From Nitrospirota bacterium (lineage in GTDB: Bacteria; Nitrospirota; UBA9217), in assembly GCA_963751455.1 (NCBI GenBank), contig CAVVUN010000015.1, positions 1,312,001 through 1,376,000 of the forward strand: DNA of 64,000 nucleotides. Direction: 5' to 3'. Position numbers and translations under genes: made by a program. The notes under the pieces are model-generated. The model was not told the DNA's origin, ran no database searches, and saw only the letters and a program-made list of their open reading frames with translations. Within the stretch, counting starts at the first letter, position 1. Each line of letters begins with the position of its first letter. Shown piece after piece: positions 10,288 to 20,100 of this stretch.

Positions 10288-10539
10288 ATGCAATTAACTC
10301 ATGAAGCAAAAACATCGCTTGAGCGAGAATATGCCCTTTGCTCAAGCGCCATCGCCTTCTATAAAAAGTCGCTCAAAGAGTTCGAGCGAAAATACAGACT
10401 TACGACTAGAATGTTTCTAAAGCGCTTTGAAGCCGGTGAAATCGGTGATGATAGCGATTACTTTGATTGGTATGCCTTTTCACGGCTTCTTGCTCAGTGG
10501 CAGAAAACTCAATCGGCTCTTCGTACAGCGATCCGATGA
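10288..10539 (+). CDS. Putative antitoxin
   Basis: 83 aa with FERKY..TT..F..RFEAGEIGDD.DY.DW pattern; ATGA overlap with the downstream toxin. Confidence 0.75.
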   Translation: MQLTHEAKTSLEREYALCSSAIAFYKKSLKEFERKYRLTTRMFLKRFEAGEIGDDSDYFDWYAFSRLLAQWQKTQSALRTAIR

Positions 10540-10922
10540 TTAAGCGATATCTCGACAACATCGAAAAAGTTATTGGATCACATCCCGCAGTTCTTTCCTC
10601 TACGCTTCAAAAACAAATCGGACCAGACAGCAAAACGATATACCTCAAAGGCGCAATTACCTTCGTTGACCTATCGGTTCTTGAATTATCTGTATTTGCC
10701 ATTTCACTCTCTAGCAGAGTTGTGCCGGAGAAATATCGATTTCAATACATGGACAAGAAGAGCCAAATTGTTTTCCGCTACGATAATGCCCCTCATCACA
10801 AGGAACTATCAACTTTCCCTCATCATAAGCATCTGACTGATAAAGTAATTCCTTCCGAAATGCCTACACTTGCCGATATTCTTGACGAGATCAGCACATT
10901 CATAATTGAGGAAATAAGCTAA
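10536..10922 (+). CDS. DUF6516/TumE-like putative toxin
   Basis: KYRFQYMD...FRYDNAPHH..LSTFPHHKH motif; ATG at 10536 overlaps the antitoxin stop. Confidence 0.8.
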   Translation: MIKRYLDNIEKVIGSHPAVLSSTLQKQIGPDSKTIYLKGAITFVDLSVLELSVFAISLSSRVVPEKYRFQYMDKKSQIVFRYDNAPHHKELSTFPHHKHLTDKVIPSEMPTLADILDEISTFIIEEIS

Positions 10923-10977
10923 TATTAGTGTGCTCTACACGATTGAGGAAATTATATCAGGGTCAGGTCCATACTCT

Positions 10978-11400
10978 TTACCTTTTGTAGTGTCCGCACA
11001 GAATTCTGCTCACGTATGTGGAGTGCACGCCGAGGTGATCAGCAATTGAACGCTGAGTGTATCCGTACTTCTCGACAGCCTCGGCAATTTTTCTGTCCCG
11101 CTTAGGTTTGTTGTCCAGTATACTCTGAGTGAATATTTTTTCAAGTGTTGGTCTGTTGGCGTAACGCTGGCTCTTTGGGATCTCGGGAATATCTTTATGC
11201 CTTCTGAGATGATCGGCCAGGCTGTCAACAAAATCATCTTCGCCGAGAAGGGCCTGGCCCTTAACCTCATTCCAGATGGTTTCCTTGCCGATCCCCCATT
11301 TCACAAATTGGCGATATTCTTTCTCTGCCTTGCCTCTTGTTCGGCTGAATTGTCCGAGTACCCAGTCTGTGGTAAGACAAGGGTGGGCCGGCTCTTTCCC
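10978..11400 (-). pseudogene. C-terminal fragment of a paralogous RAYT transposase
   Basis: KWGIGKETIWNEVKGQALLGEDDFVD...KYGYTQ..IADHLGVH aligns with the C-terminus of 11425-12294; lacks the HUH domain. Confidence 0.8.
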
Positions 11401-11424
11401 CCCTGTGGCCCGGGAACATTAGGG

Positions 11425-12294
11425 TCAAGTCTTTTTCGTTGCATTTTCGTATTCACGAAGCCAGCGGCTGATTGTAGAATAGTGGACAGCCACATGGCGG
11501 GCTAGTTCACTCTGATGATAACCGTATTTTTCCACGGCCTCGGACACCTTTTTCATCAGTTTGCGATGATTGTTCATGACTGAGTCGGGCAGCAAAACGG
11601 CAAGCGACGGTCGAGTCGAATATCGCTGACTCCGGGGAATTTCGGGAATGTCCTTGTGTTTTTTGAGATAATCTGTAAGTTTATCTACGAAATCGTCCTC
11701 ACCTAAGAGCGCTTGGCCTCGCACTTCCGTCCAGATCGTCTTCTTCCCGATCCCCCACTGAACGAACTGGCGATACTCTTTTTCCGCCTTATCTCGTTTT
11801 CTGCTGAATTGACCAAGCACCCAATCCGTTGCGAGGCAGGGATGAGATTCAGCCTTACCCGCCGTCGCAAGGTAACTGGACCACTTCCAGTCTTCCGGCG
11901 CTTCGACCATCCTTGCTCTTACCGGATTTAGAACCACATATCGGCAGACCTCAAGGAGATGACTGTCTTTCTGGATCAGGATAGCCTTATACCGGCCCTG
12001 GAATAAATGCCCGGACCTGCCGTGATACTTGTTGAAAAGTTGCGTATACACGCTGTTCAATTGGCGCATGCCTAGGGAAAGATTGCCCTCCGGGGTCTCG
12101 ATAAGAAGGTGGTAATGATTTGTCATGAGGCAATACGCATGACAGATCCAATTGTACCGCTTGTTGACGTGCTGGACCGTGTTCAGGAAGTTTTCGCGGT
12201 CCTGGTCGTTTTTGAATACGGGCTTCTTCTCATTGCCACGAGATGTTACGTGATAGACCGCACCGGCATATTCTATTCTTAGAGGTCGGGCCAT
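11425..12294 (-). CDS. REP-associated tyrosine transposase (RAYT/Y1_Tnp) with C-terminal HTH
   Basis: MARPLRIE..GAVYHVTSRGN, YCLMTNHYHLL (HUH), GHLFQGRYKA, YVVLNPVRA; stop codon lies inside the inner IR. Confidence 0.92.
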   Translation of the reverse strand: MARPLRIEYAGAVYHVTSRGNEKKPVFKNDQDRENFLNTVQHVNKRYNWICHAYCLMTNHYHLLIETPEGNLSLGMRQLNSVYTQLFNKYHGRSGHLFQGRYKAILIQKDSHLLEVCRYVVLNPVRARMVEAPEDWKWSSYLATAGKAESHPCLATDWVLGQFSRKRDKAEKEYRQFVQWGIGKKTIWTEVRGQALLGEDDFVDKLTDYLKKHKDIPEIPRSQRYSTRPSLAVLLPDSVMNNHRKLMKKVSEAVEKYGYHQSELARHVAVHYSTISRWLREYENATKKT

Positions 12295-12345
12295 GGGGCG
12301 ACTGTAGCAGAAATCAGAATAAACTGCAACGAAAAAGACTTGACC

Positions 12346-12666
12346 CTAAAGATTCCTCTTATACCGGCCCTGGAATAAATGCCCGGACCTTCCGTGATAC
12401 TTGTTGAAAAGTTGCGTATAGACGCTGTTCAATTGGCGCATACCGAGAGAAAGATTGCCTTCCGGGGTCTCGATAAGAAGATGGTAATGGTTTGTCATGA
12501 GGCAATACGCATGACAGATCCAATTGTACCGCTTGTTGACGTGCTGGACCGTGTTCAGGAAGTTTTCGCGGTCCTGGTCGTTTTTGAATACGGGCTTTTT
12601 CTCGTTGCCACGGGATGTTACGTGATAGACCGCACCGGCATATTCTATTCTTAGAGGTCGGGCCAT
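12346..12666 (-). pseudogene. Truncated duplicate of the RAYT N-terminus
   Basis: Protein identical to the start of 11425-12294 up to GHLFQGRYK, with synonymous DNA differences, then ends at an IR. Confidence 0.85.
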
Positions 12667-12850
12667 GGGGCGACTGTAGCAGAAATCAGAATGAAATGCA
12701 ACGAAAAAGACTTGACCCTAAAGATTCTCCTTCTATGCGTAATGGACGAGCCATAAAGGGGAGTTTAGCAGAAGTTTAAACAAAAGTCCAACAGTATGGA
12801 CCTGACCCTAAGTAGTTCTCGTTCTAAGTAGTTCCTAAGTAGTTCTGACC

Positions 12851-13681
12851 CTAAGTAGTTCTACCATGAATATATTCGAAGTCAGTCTTTTTTAGGTCTT
12901 CTCTCTTCGCGTACTTATAGTAAAATTTCAATATAGAAGGTTCATCATACAGCATTGTGACTTGACCATTTGAATTCATCAGAAATGGTTTTAGCCAAAA
13001 TGGTCTGGACGGATTTTGCTTTTTTATGAATGTATTTAGTTGCGATTGAGGGCTATGTGGAAATAATTTACAAAAAGTCATCTGCATTATAAGACGCTGA
13101 TGCTCCTTGTCATATTTCTCGTATTTGTTTTTCTCCTCAATCGTGGTGAAAAAATCGGAAATCACTTTTCTATCTTTATTGGGGTAAATATATGTGGAGT
13201 ACTCTGACTCATTTTCGACGATAAAGGATATACAGATATTATTTTCTCTATCCTCCTTGGTGCCATAATTCCATGACGAAATAAGATCGAAAAAATTCCT
13301 CGCATATTCGAGAGACGCAAAAGCGCATCCGACGACATTTAGCATGTTTGCCTCTGATTCGGCAGGAGTTGCGAAAGCCATCCCTTTCCATTCAGATGGA
13401 TCATACGTAAAATTCGGCATAGGCTGAACATATATGGATGTGTATTCAAATACAGCCCTTTCAAGGAATTGTTGAAATAGGAATAATGCAACGGCAAGTG
13501 ATAACGATATGTACCATGTAGGAATTGAAATGATGCTTGTAGCAATGCCCACTGCTGTCAATATCCGTATCGACCATTTAATTGGTCTCTCATATTGTTC
13601 GTGAACAACTAATTTGGGTATCCCTTTACGGAATCTTATATCTACAAGGCTTCTGAGAGCTACTTTCCACTTTCCTTTCAT
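12851..13681 (-). CDS. Hypothetical membrane protein (cassette-like)
   Basis: 276-aa AT-rich ORF with two TM segments and SD ggag; stop codon coincides with a copy of the RAYT end sequence. Confidence 0.7.
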   Translation of the reverse strand: MKGKWKVALRSLVDIRFRKGIPKLVVHEQYERPIKWSIRILTAVGIATSIISIPTWYISLSLAVALFLFQQFLERAVFEYTSIYVQPMPNFTYDPSEWKGMAFATPAESEANMLNVVGCAFASLEYARNFFDLISSWNYGTKEDRENNICISFIVENESEYSTYIYPNKDRKVISDFFTTIEEKNKYEKYDKEHQRLIMQMTFCKLFPHSPQSQLNTFIKKQNPSRPFWLKPFLMNSNGQVTMLYDEPSILKFYYKYAKREDLKKTDFEYIHGRTT

Positions 13682-13725
13682 TATTGGTCTCCTACTGATC
13701 TACATTTTCCACGTTGGTCGGAAAT

Positions 13726-14502
13726 TTATAGCCGACGAATAGCTGTTTCAATATAGTCGTCATTAAGGTAACCATTAATGATGCTAAACATCCCCAAAAC
13801 TTCAAAAACGTACTGGCCGATGTACTTCACTGGATCTCCCGAGTACATGTCGAGATTTTTCAAGAGATAAGGTCTTTGGCCAACACGTGTTAGGATAGCC
13901 AGCGCCTTGGTATCCTCAGTTTGAATCGTTCCCAATGCGTAATTTACCTGCTGTGCAAAAAGGTCGCTAACAACAAGAATGTCTTCGAGAAACTGTTCAT
14001 TAGACTGAAGTCCATTTAGAACATCGTACCATCGCTGCTTATTGTCTCCAGCAAAATATTCCCGAAATCGTTTGAAATTAACTAGTTCTTCCTCAAGTTT
14101 TGAGTCTGTTGAGTAGCCACCATTCATGCCCCTTAAGCACGCGCTAACAAGATCGCGCCTCCACTCATGATACTGCGCGCGAAGGTGTGCCCGTAGGGTT
14201 TCTTTCCTTCGGAACTCCTTATCTTCGTTGCTCTGACGGGCTACCGCATTGAGGAAAAGACCTATTGTCACAATACCAAAAACTGCTTCAAGAGCAGCGA
14301 GTATTCTGGCCGGCTCTGTTTGGGGTGCAATGTCGCCGTATCCTAATGTGGTGATTGTTACAACACTAAAATAAACGCTCTGTATGATCGTGAGAGGTTC
14401 TTTCCAAAAAGAAGGCTTAAGATAATAGATAACGCCAAACGCCGGTATCAACAGCAGATAGAAAAAACCTATGGCAACCGGGCTATGAAGTAATTTCTTC
14501 AA
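13726..14502 (-). CDS. Potassium channel family (Ion_trans_2) protein
   Basis: YFSVVTITTLGYGDIAP selectivity filter between TM helices. Confidence 0.88.
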   Translation of the reverse strand: MKKLLHSPVAIGFFYLLLIPAFGVIYYLKPSFWKEPLTIIQSVYFSVVTITTLGYGDIAPQTEPARILAALEAVFGIVTIGLFLNAVARQSNEDKEFRRKETLRAHLRAQYHEWRRDLVSACLRGMNGGYSTDSKLEEELVNFKRFREYFAGDNKQRWYDVLNGLQSNEQFLEDILVVSDLFAQQVNYALGTIQTEDTKALAILTRVGQRPYLLKNLDMYSGDPVKYIGQYVFEVLGMFSIINGYLNDDYIETAIRRL

Positions 14503-14515
14503 GATGACTCCAATT

Positions 14516-14575
14516 GAATAACACGAGGGTGAGGGGCGCGTTTGTCAGCGACCCGCTCGACCCTTATCGTTAGAA
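14516..14575 (-). other. attC-like integron recombination site
   Basis: Minus strand: TTCTAAC-gataagggtCgagcgggtcgc-tgacaaac-gcgcccctcaccctcgt-GTTATTC; 60 bp, unpaired bases in the left arm, between two co-oriented ORFs. Confidence 0.65.
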
Positions 14576-14593
14576 TCACTGTTTTCTATCGAG

Positions 14594-15031
14594 TTATTTA
14601 CTGAACGCATTCCAGAGACTAGCTATTGCCGCTATAGAACTGAGCAGCAAAGTGGCCCAGGGCAATATTACTGAATGTCTATCTTTCAACTCTGCCCTTA
14701 CGCACTTTCTGATTTCATTAAAACCTTTTTCCGTTAGAACATCTTGATCATTGTAAATGCTCTTTTTCCAAGCGTCCTTATCTGTGACTGGTGGGATAGG
14801 TATAGACTCGATATCAGCCTTCAAAAGAATATGTTTAGTTTTTAACTTTTCGATATCATCAAGAGTGTCAAAATAATCAGGTGAGAACTCCTGACGCAGG
14901 TTGTCCAATGCCTCAGCTTTGAGGCCTTTCTTCCTTCCTTTTTTAACCGCTTTTTCAGCTTTATAGTCAATCCAAAAGAGTTTCCATCTCAGCTTCTTCA
15001 TTTTAATGCGGAACAATAGATCATTGATCAT
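14594..15031 (-). CDS. Hypothetical protein with C-terminal TM (cassette-like)
   Basis: 145-aa AT-rich ORF, SD aggag, followed by the attC-like site. Confidence 0.7.
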   Translation of the reverse strand: MINDLLFRIKMKKLRWKLFWIDYKAEKAVKKGRKKGLKAEALDNLRQEFSPDYFDTLDDIEKLKTKHILLKADIESIPIPPVTDKDAWKKSIYNDQDVLTEKGFNEIRKCVRAELKDRHSVILPWATLLLSSIAAIASLWNAFSK

Positions 15032-15119
15032 AATATGCTCCTAAGAATTATGAACAACAAAGCAATAAAACCGTGATAATTGCAGGTGGACTATCCGAGT
15101 CAATGCTGAGTGTCCAGCA

Positions 15120-15503
15120 TTATTTTTTATAATCAATGCTAATCGTATAATCAAAGTGAACCCAGCAAGGATGACCACGGACTTTGTTTTGGCAGATTAT
15201 CTGGCCAGAGAATGAAGACGTGTTGTTCAGGATGAGTTCGTTGATTCTATTCCCAAGGTCAAAAGAACCCAAACAATCGACATGCGGACAGTCGTATTCG
15301 AATATTGCCGTGCTATCAACGTCGTACTTGTGCGGACCGCCACGCTTTTCTTTCCAACCACCAGTTTCATTCAAGGAAGTCACATATGAAACACTAATAG
15401 TCGCGACATTCGGATATATTTCCTTTATGGTTTTAGAATAAGTCATCATGAGATGCTTTCTTTCAGCACGTGATTGCTCGGGCGTCATCTTCTTTTTTCT
15501 CAT
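15120..15503 (-). CDS. Hypothetical protein, possible Zn-binding Cys residues
   Basis: 127 aa with CPHVDC and CQN...HPC; AT-rich. Confidence 0.65.
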   Translation of the reverse strand: MRKKKMTPEQSRAERKHLMMTYSKTIKEIYPNVATISVSYVTSLNETGGWKEKRGGPHKYDVDSTAIFEYDCPHVDCLGSFDLGNRINELILNNTSSFSGQIICQNKVRGHPCWVHFDYTISIDYKK

Positions 15504-15550
15504 TTATAGTTTTTCCTGAAGGTTAACAAGTTATTGACTATAAGCAAATG

Positions 15551-15608
15551 GTTTATGTTAGCATAAACAAGTTTATGATAGCATAAACCGGTTAATGGTA
15601 TCATAAAC
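15551..15608. repeat. Three tandem 18-bp palindromes at 20-bp period
   Basis: gtttatgttagcataaac, gtttatgatagcataaac, gttaatggtatcataaac. Confidence 0.85.
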
Positions 15609-15639
15609 TTGTTTGGGTTTTATGATATAATAAATTTTT

Positions 15640-15815
15640 CCAATTCTGTATTCCTGATTTTTCCAAATTCGATATACAGGCGCGAGTCTTAGGATTCCAC
15701 CTCCCCTGTACAGCCTTGGCCTTTCCCTCAAGTCCTTGTCGCTATACCCTATTCGGACCGGCACCGGACGCTGAGCGGCCGGAACCCACGGAGTTCTTTC
15801 GATGATCCGTTCCAC
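15640..15815 (-). pseudogene. Frameshifted remnant of a small basic protein
   Basis: ERIIERTPW...PVRIGYSDKDLRE continues in another frame as KAKAVQGRWNPKTR; family resemblance recalled, not searched. Confidence 0.4.
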
Positions 15816-15909
15816 CGTCTTGAGCTGAGTCCGGCTTGGATATCAAACAGCCACTCAGCATTAATGCAAACGATGTTATTTTTTCCACATCTTTTACTCC
15901 CCGAGCATC

Positions 15910-16890
15910 TTAAGGATGCGCCAGAAATATCGTGTACAGTTGCGTATAGGTCAGCACCGGAACCGGGCGGGGATCGTTATATTTCCATTCCTCTTGACTG
16001 TATTCAGGCAGGTAGTTAAGCCATTCGGCGGCTGGCGGCGACAAAATGAATGAAGCCTGCTGCACATTACCGAAGTAAGAATTTATCATGAGAGCATCAT
16101 ATGGATGACCGAACCAGATACGCAGAATTTGTCGATCATTGACATTGGTCGATGGATGGCTTGTTTCGGCTGCCTGCAGCCAGCTCGCATACCCGCTGTA
16201 ACCAAAACTGACAGCTTGCCATTGATCGTTCCTTCTTTCGACCTTCATCATGCACCGGTATTCGTTGTTCACTACTATAGGGAATGTCCATTCACTCCTA
16301 GAAATGGTTATCTGGCTGCTCTCTCCTGGATTATATATTGCGAAAACATGATATGGCGCGCCCAACTTCGCGGAAATAAGTTCGTCCTGATCCGCAAAGT
16401 GGCATGCTGCCGTTTCAGTCCCGACCTTAGCCATTTCTAGAAATGCGCTCAAACCGGACTGCGCGGCTTCCGTAATCTGGACGCTATATTCTGGATCCAC
16501 TGGTGTGCTGTCGATGGGTGGTTCAGTGCCTGACGACCCGCTCGTGAGGGTGAGCTGTATATTAAGAATGACTGTTGTTCCTTTGTAAATTGTAACAGTG
16601 TCCGTGTATGTGTTATACTCTGCTTTACTGGCTGTGATCGTTCTGCTACCCACTGTTAAGGTCTGTAACGTGAAAACCCCACTAATACCTGTAGTATTCG
16701 ACTTATCTCCAATCTGAACAGTTACTCCCAAAATAGCGTTACCGGTGGCCGAATCCGTAACTGTTCCTTCAACGTCGCCTACATCCGTTACAGTTACGCT
16801 TGTTCCGGAGGATATAGAATCACACCCGGCTATCATAAATACAATTGCCAGAGCAAATAAGGAATTAACAGTTGTGGGCTTATTAATCAT
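15910..16890 (-). CDS. Lipoprotein with carboxypeptidase-regulatory-like (Ig-like) domain
   Basis: Lipobox IAGC; VEGTVTDSATG.AI.GVTV...G.F...L..G...ITASKA.Y pattern. Confidence 0.75.
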   Translation of the reverse strand: MINKPTTVNSLFALAIVFMIAGCDSISSGTSVTVTDVGDVEGTVTDSATGNAILGVTVQIGDKSNTTGISGVFTLQTLTVGSRTITASKAEYNTYTDTVTIYKGTTVILNIQLTLTSGSSGTEPPIDSTPVDPEYSVQITEAAQSGLSAFLEMAKVGTETAACHFADQDELISAKLGAPYHVFAIYNPGESSQITISRSEWTFPIVVNNEYRCMMKVERRNDQWQAVSFGYSGYASWLQAAETSHPSTNVNDRQILRIWFGHPYDALMINSYFGNVQQASFILSPPAAEWLNYLPEYSQEEWKYNDPRPVPVLTYTQLYTIFLAHP

Positions 16891-17130
16891 GATAAACTCT
16901 CTCTGAAGATGATTGTTAAAGTATAAGCGGGCCTATGTGTTAAGTTAAACAGCCGCTATCATACGCAGCATGGTATTGTCGTGAGTGAAAAATCTTCGGG
17001 GAGGATTTCGGCGAGGCGGGAAAACTTCTCATGTTGTTCTCCCGATAATGAGAGTACTATACTTTAACGAAAGGGGCAAGAGAAAATATGAGGTCTGTGG
17101 CAGAGACTCTTTCAACACGATGTTTGTTAA

Positions 17131-20100
17131 TTACCGCGGCACAACCTTTTTAAAATAACGCAGAGCATGTTTGAACACAGGCAGCATGTCATCCGCCTTC
17201 ATGCTTCCGGTGTGGCGGAAGTGTGAAATCAGAAGGCCTCTTAACCGTTCAACGTCCTCGCTTTTCTGAACCCGTTCTATTTTTACGTATAATGCATTGA
17301 TCCTCCTGTCGAGACGATCATCCGGGTCCAGCACATAAATCTCTCCGCCGGTCATGCCCGCTCCGATATTATAGCCTGCTTCGCCGAGCACGACGACAAT
17401 GCCTTTCGTCATATACTCGCAAAGATGCTGACCGGCCCCCTCGATGACCGCCACAGCGCCGCTGTTCCGGACCGCAAAACGTTCCCCGGCCATGCCGGCC
17501 GCATAGAATTCTCCGCCGATTGCTCCGTACAGCACGGTATTGCCGACTATCACGTGCTTATGGGGCTCATCCTCGATGTCCGACGGGACGATCGCAATTC
17601 TGCCTCCGAACATCCCCTTGCCGGCATAATCGTTCGCGTCGCCGTACAGCGTGAGCGACACGCCGCGGTGGTTGAAGGCGCCGAAGCTCTGGCCCGCGGT
17701 CCCCGTGAAGGTGAGCCGTATGGTATCGTCAGGGAGTCCGGCCTCTCCGTATTTCCTGGCGATCAGGTGGCTCAGTTTTATTGGAACGCTGCGGTCGATA
17801 TTTCTTATTTCGTACCGGCGGGTCATTGCCGTTCCGCGCTCGATCGCGGGCAGCAGGTCAGCGGCGAGCCGGTCGTTCATAGAGGGCAACGGGTTATCGT
17901 TGCGCTCGATTGTGCAGTATCTGGCCGCATGCTCCGGATACCTCCGCGTAAGAACCCCGAGCTTAATCCGGAACGAACCGGGCGCCTTCTCAGAAGGCGA
18001 GGGGACCAGCAGGTCGGGCCTGCCGATGAGCTCCGCCAGGCTTCTTACTCCCATTTCGGCCATGATTTCCCTTACCTCGCGCGCGAGCGCCGAGAAGTAG
18101 GACATGACGCCCTGCGTCGTGCCGCGAAAGCGCTTCCGGAGTTTTTCATCCTGGGTGGCGATTCCCGTGGGACAGGTATTCATATGGCATTGCCGCGCCA
18201 TTACGCAGCCGGCTGATATCATTGTCGCCGTTCCGAACCCGAACTCTTCGGCCCCGAGCAGCGCCGCGATAATAACGTCGCGGCCTGTCCTTAGCCCTCC
18301 GTCGACGCGCAGGCGCACGCGTTCGCGAAGCCCGTTCTCCATGAGAACGCGCGCTGTCTCCGCGAGCCCGAGCTCCCAGTGGCTGCCCGCATTCTTGATG
18401 GAAGTAACCGCGGCGGCGCCCGTGCCGCCCTCGCACCCGCTGATCTGCACGATGTCCCCGTACGCTTTCGCGACCCCTGCCGCCACTGTCCCGACTCCGG
18501 TTTCAGCGACCAGCTTGACGCAGACATGCGCTTTCGGGTTCGCCTGCTTGAGATCATGGATCAGCTGGGCCAGGTCCTCGATCGAGTAGATATCATGGTG
18601 GGGCGGGGGAGAGATGAGCGGGATGCCGGGCTTGCAGTGGCGCAGCCGTCCGATATACGGCGTGACCTTGATGCCGGGGAGATGGCCCCCTTCGCCGGGT
18701 TTCGCGCCCTGAGCGATCTTGATCTCGAGGTCCTCTGCAGAAGTGAGGTATGCGGGGGTGACCCCGAACCTGCCGGATGCGATCTGTTTGATTGCGCTGC
18801 CTTTGATGGTGAAGTACCGGGCCGGGTCTTCTCCGCCCTCTCCGCTGTTGCTCTTGATGCCGAGCCTGTTGCAGGCTTCCGCGATGGTCTCGTGGGCCTC
18901 CGGCGAGAGGGCGCCCACTGACATGGCGCCGGAAAAGAAGCGCTTCAGTATGACGGCCTCCGGCTCTACCTCCTCGACCGCGACGGGATTTTTCTTTTTA
19001 TAGTCGAATAGCTGCTTGATGGACGTCGGATACTCATCCGCGATCCGGGAAAAATCCTTGTACAGGGCGTAGTCTCCGTTTTTCATGAACGTGTTGAGCG
19101 CCTGCACCGCCTGCAGAGACCAGCCGTGCCGTTCCCCGCCTTTACGCTGCTTGAGCGCCCCCCCGTATTCGAGCGCAGGCGCCGGTTTTTCATAGGCCGC
19201 ACGGTGCCTGGCAAGGAGCGAGGCCTCTATTTCCGCGAGCCCGTCGGACTCGAGCTGCGCCGGCGTTCCCGTGAAGAACTCCTCGATGAAATCCCTGTTC
19301 AGGCAGATGCTGTCGAACAGGCGGGCGCCATGATACGAAGCTACTGTGGAGATGCCCATGCGGGCAATCACCTTGAGAATTCCGTCTTCCAGGGCCCGAA
19401 CGTACCGGCGGCAGGCTTCCGGATAGGCCAGTGTTACGGCCGCAGTCCTGCAGAGCTCTCCCACGGTCCGGAAGGCAAGCCATGGGTATACTGCCGAGGC
19501 GCCGTACCCGATAAGGCAGGCTGTCTGGTGCACGTCGCGCGCTTCGCCGGTTGCCGCGATAATGCTCGCGCGGTTCGAAAGCCTCCGGTCGATCAGTGTC
19601 TTGAAACAGGCCGACACCGCGAGCAGGCTGGGGATCGCGGCCTTGTTGGCAGAGACGTCCCTGTCGGAGAGGATTATTATTTCGGCGCCACGCGTAACGG
19701 CCTTTACGACATGTTCCTGCAGCGAGCGGACGGCATCGGCCAGGTCACTCTCAGTCCACAGGTACGTAATCGGAATCGTCTCCGTGATGAAGATCTGCTG
19801 GTGCTCGATTTCCTTCAACTGGCCTTGGGTAATGACCGGCGAACGAAGCCCCAGGCGCCGGGCGTGGTCCGGCGTCCGGGTCAGGAAATTCCGTTTGTAT
19901 CCGAGGTTCATTCGCAGCGACATGGCCATGCGTTCACGGATGGGATCGATCGCTGGATTGGTCACCTGCGAAAACCGCTGCTTGAAATAACGAAACAGCA
20001 GCTGCGGTTTCTCCGAGAGCGGGGGGAGCGGGGCATCGTCTCCCATGGAAAAGACGAGCTCGCTGCCTGTTGACGCCATTTCCCTCAGCTGCAGCGATAT

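Larger units (their letters stand above)
10959..12809 (-). mobile_element. Nested stack of inverted-repeat-flanked RAYT/IS200-like (Y1 HUH) elements
   Basis: Outer IR agggtcaggtccatact (10959-10975 / 12793-12809); inner IR tagggtcaagtctttt(t)cgttgca (11420-; 12325-12347; 12694-12720); one intact and three partial transposase copies. Confidence 0.8.

Noticed and set aside
15102-15862. 11-bp inverted repeat (aatgctgagtg) flanking 15120-15815 as transposon ends
   Set aside because: Too short, with no target duplication or transposase; may be chance.
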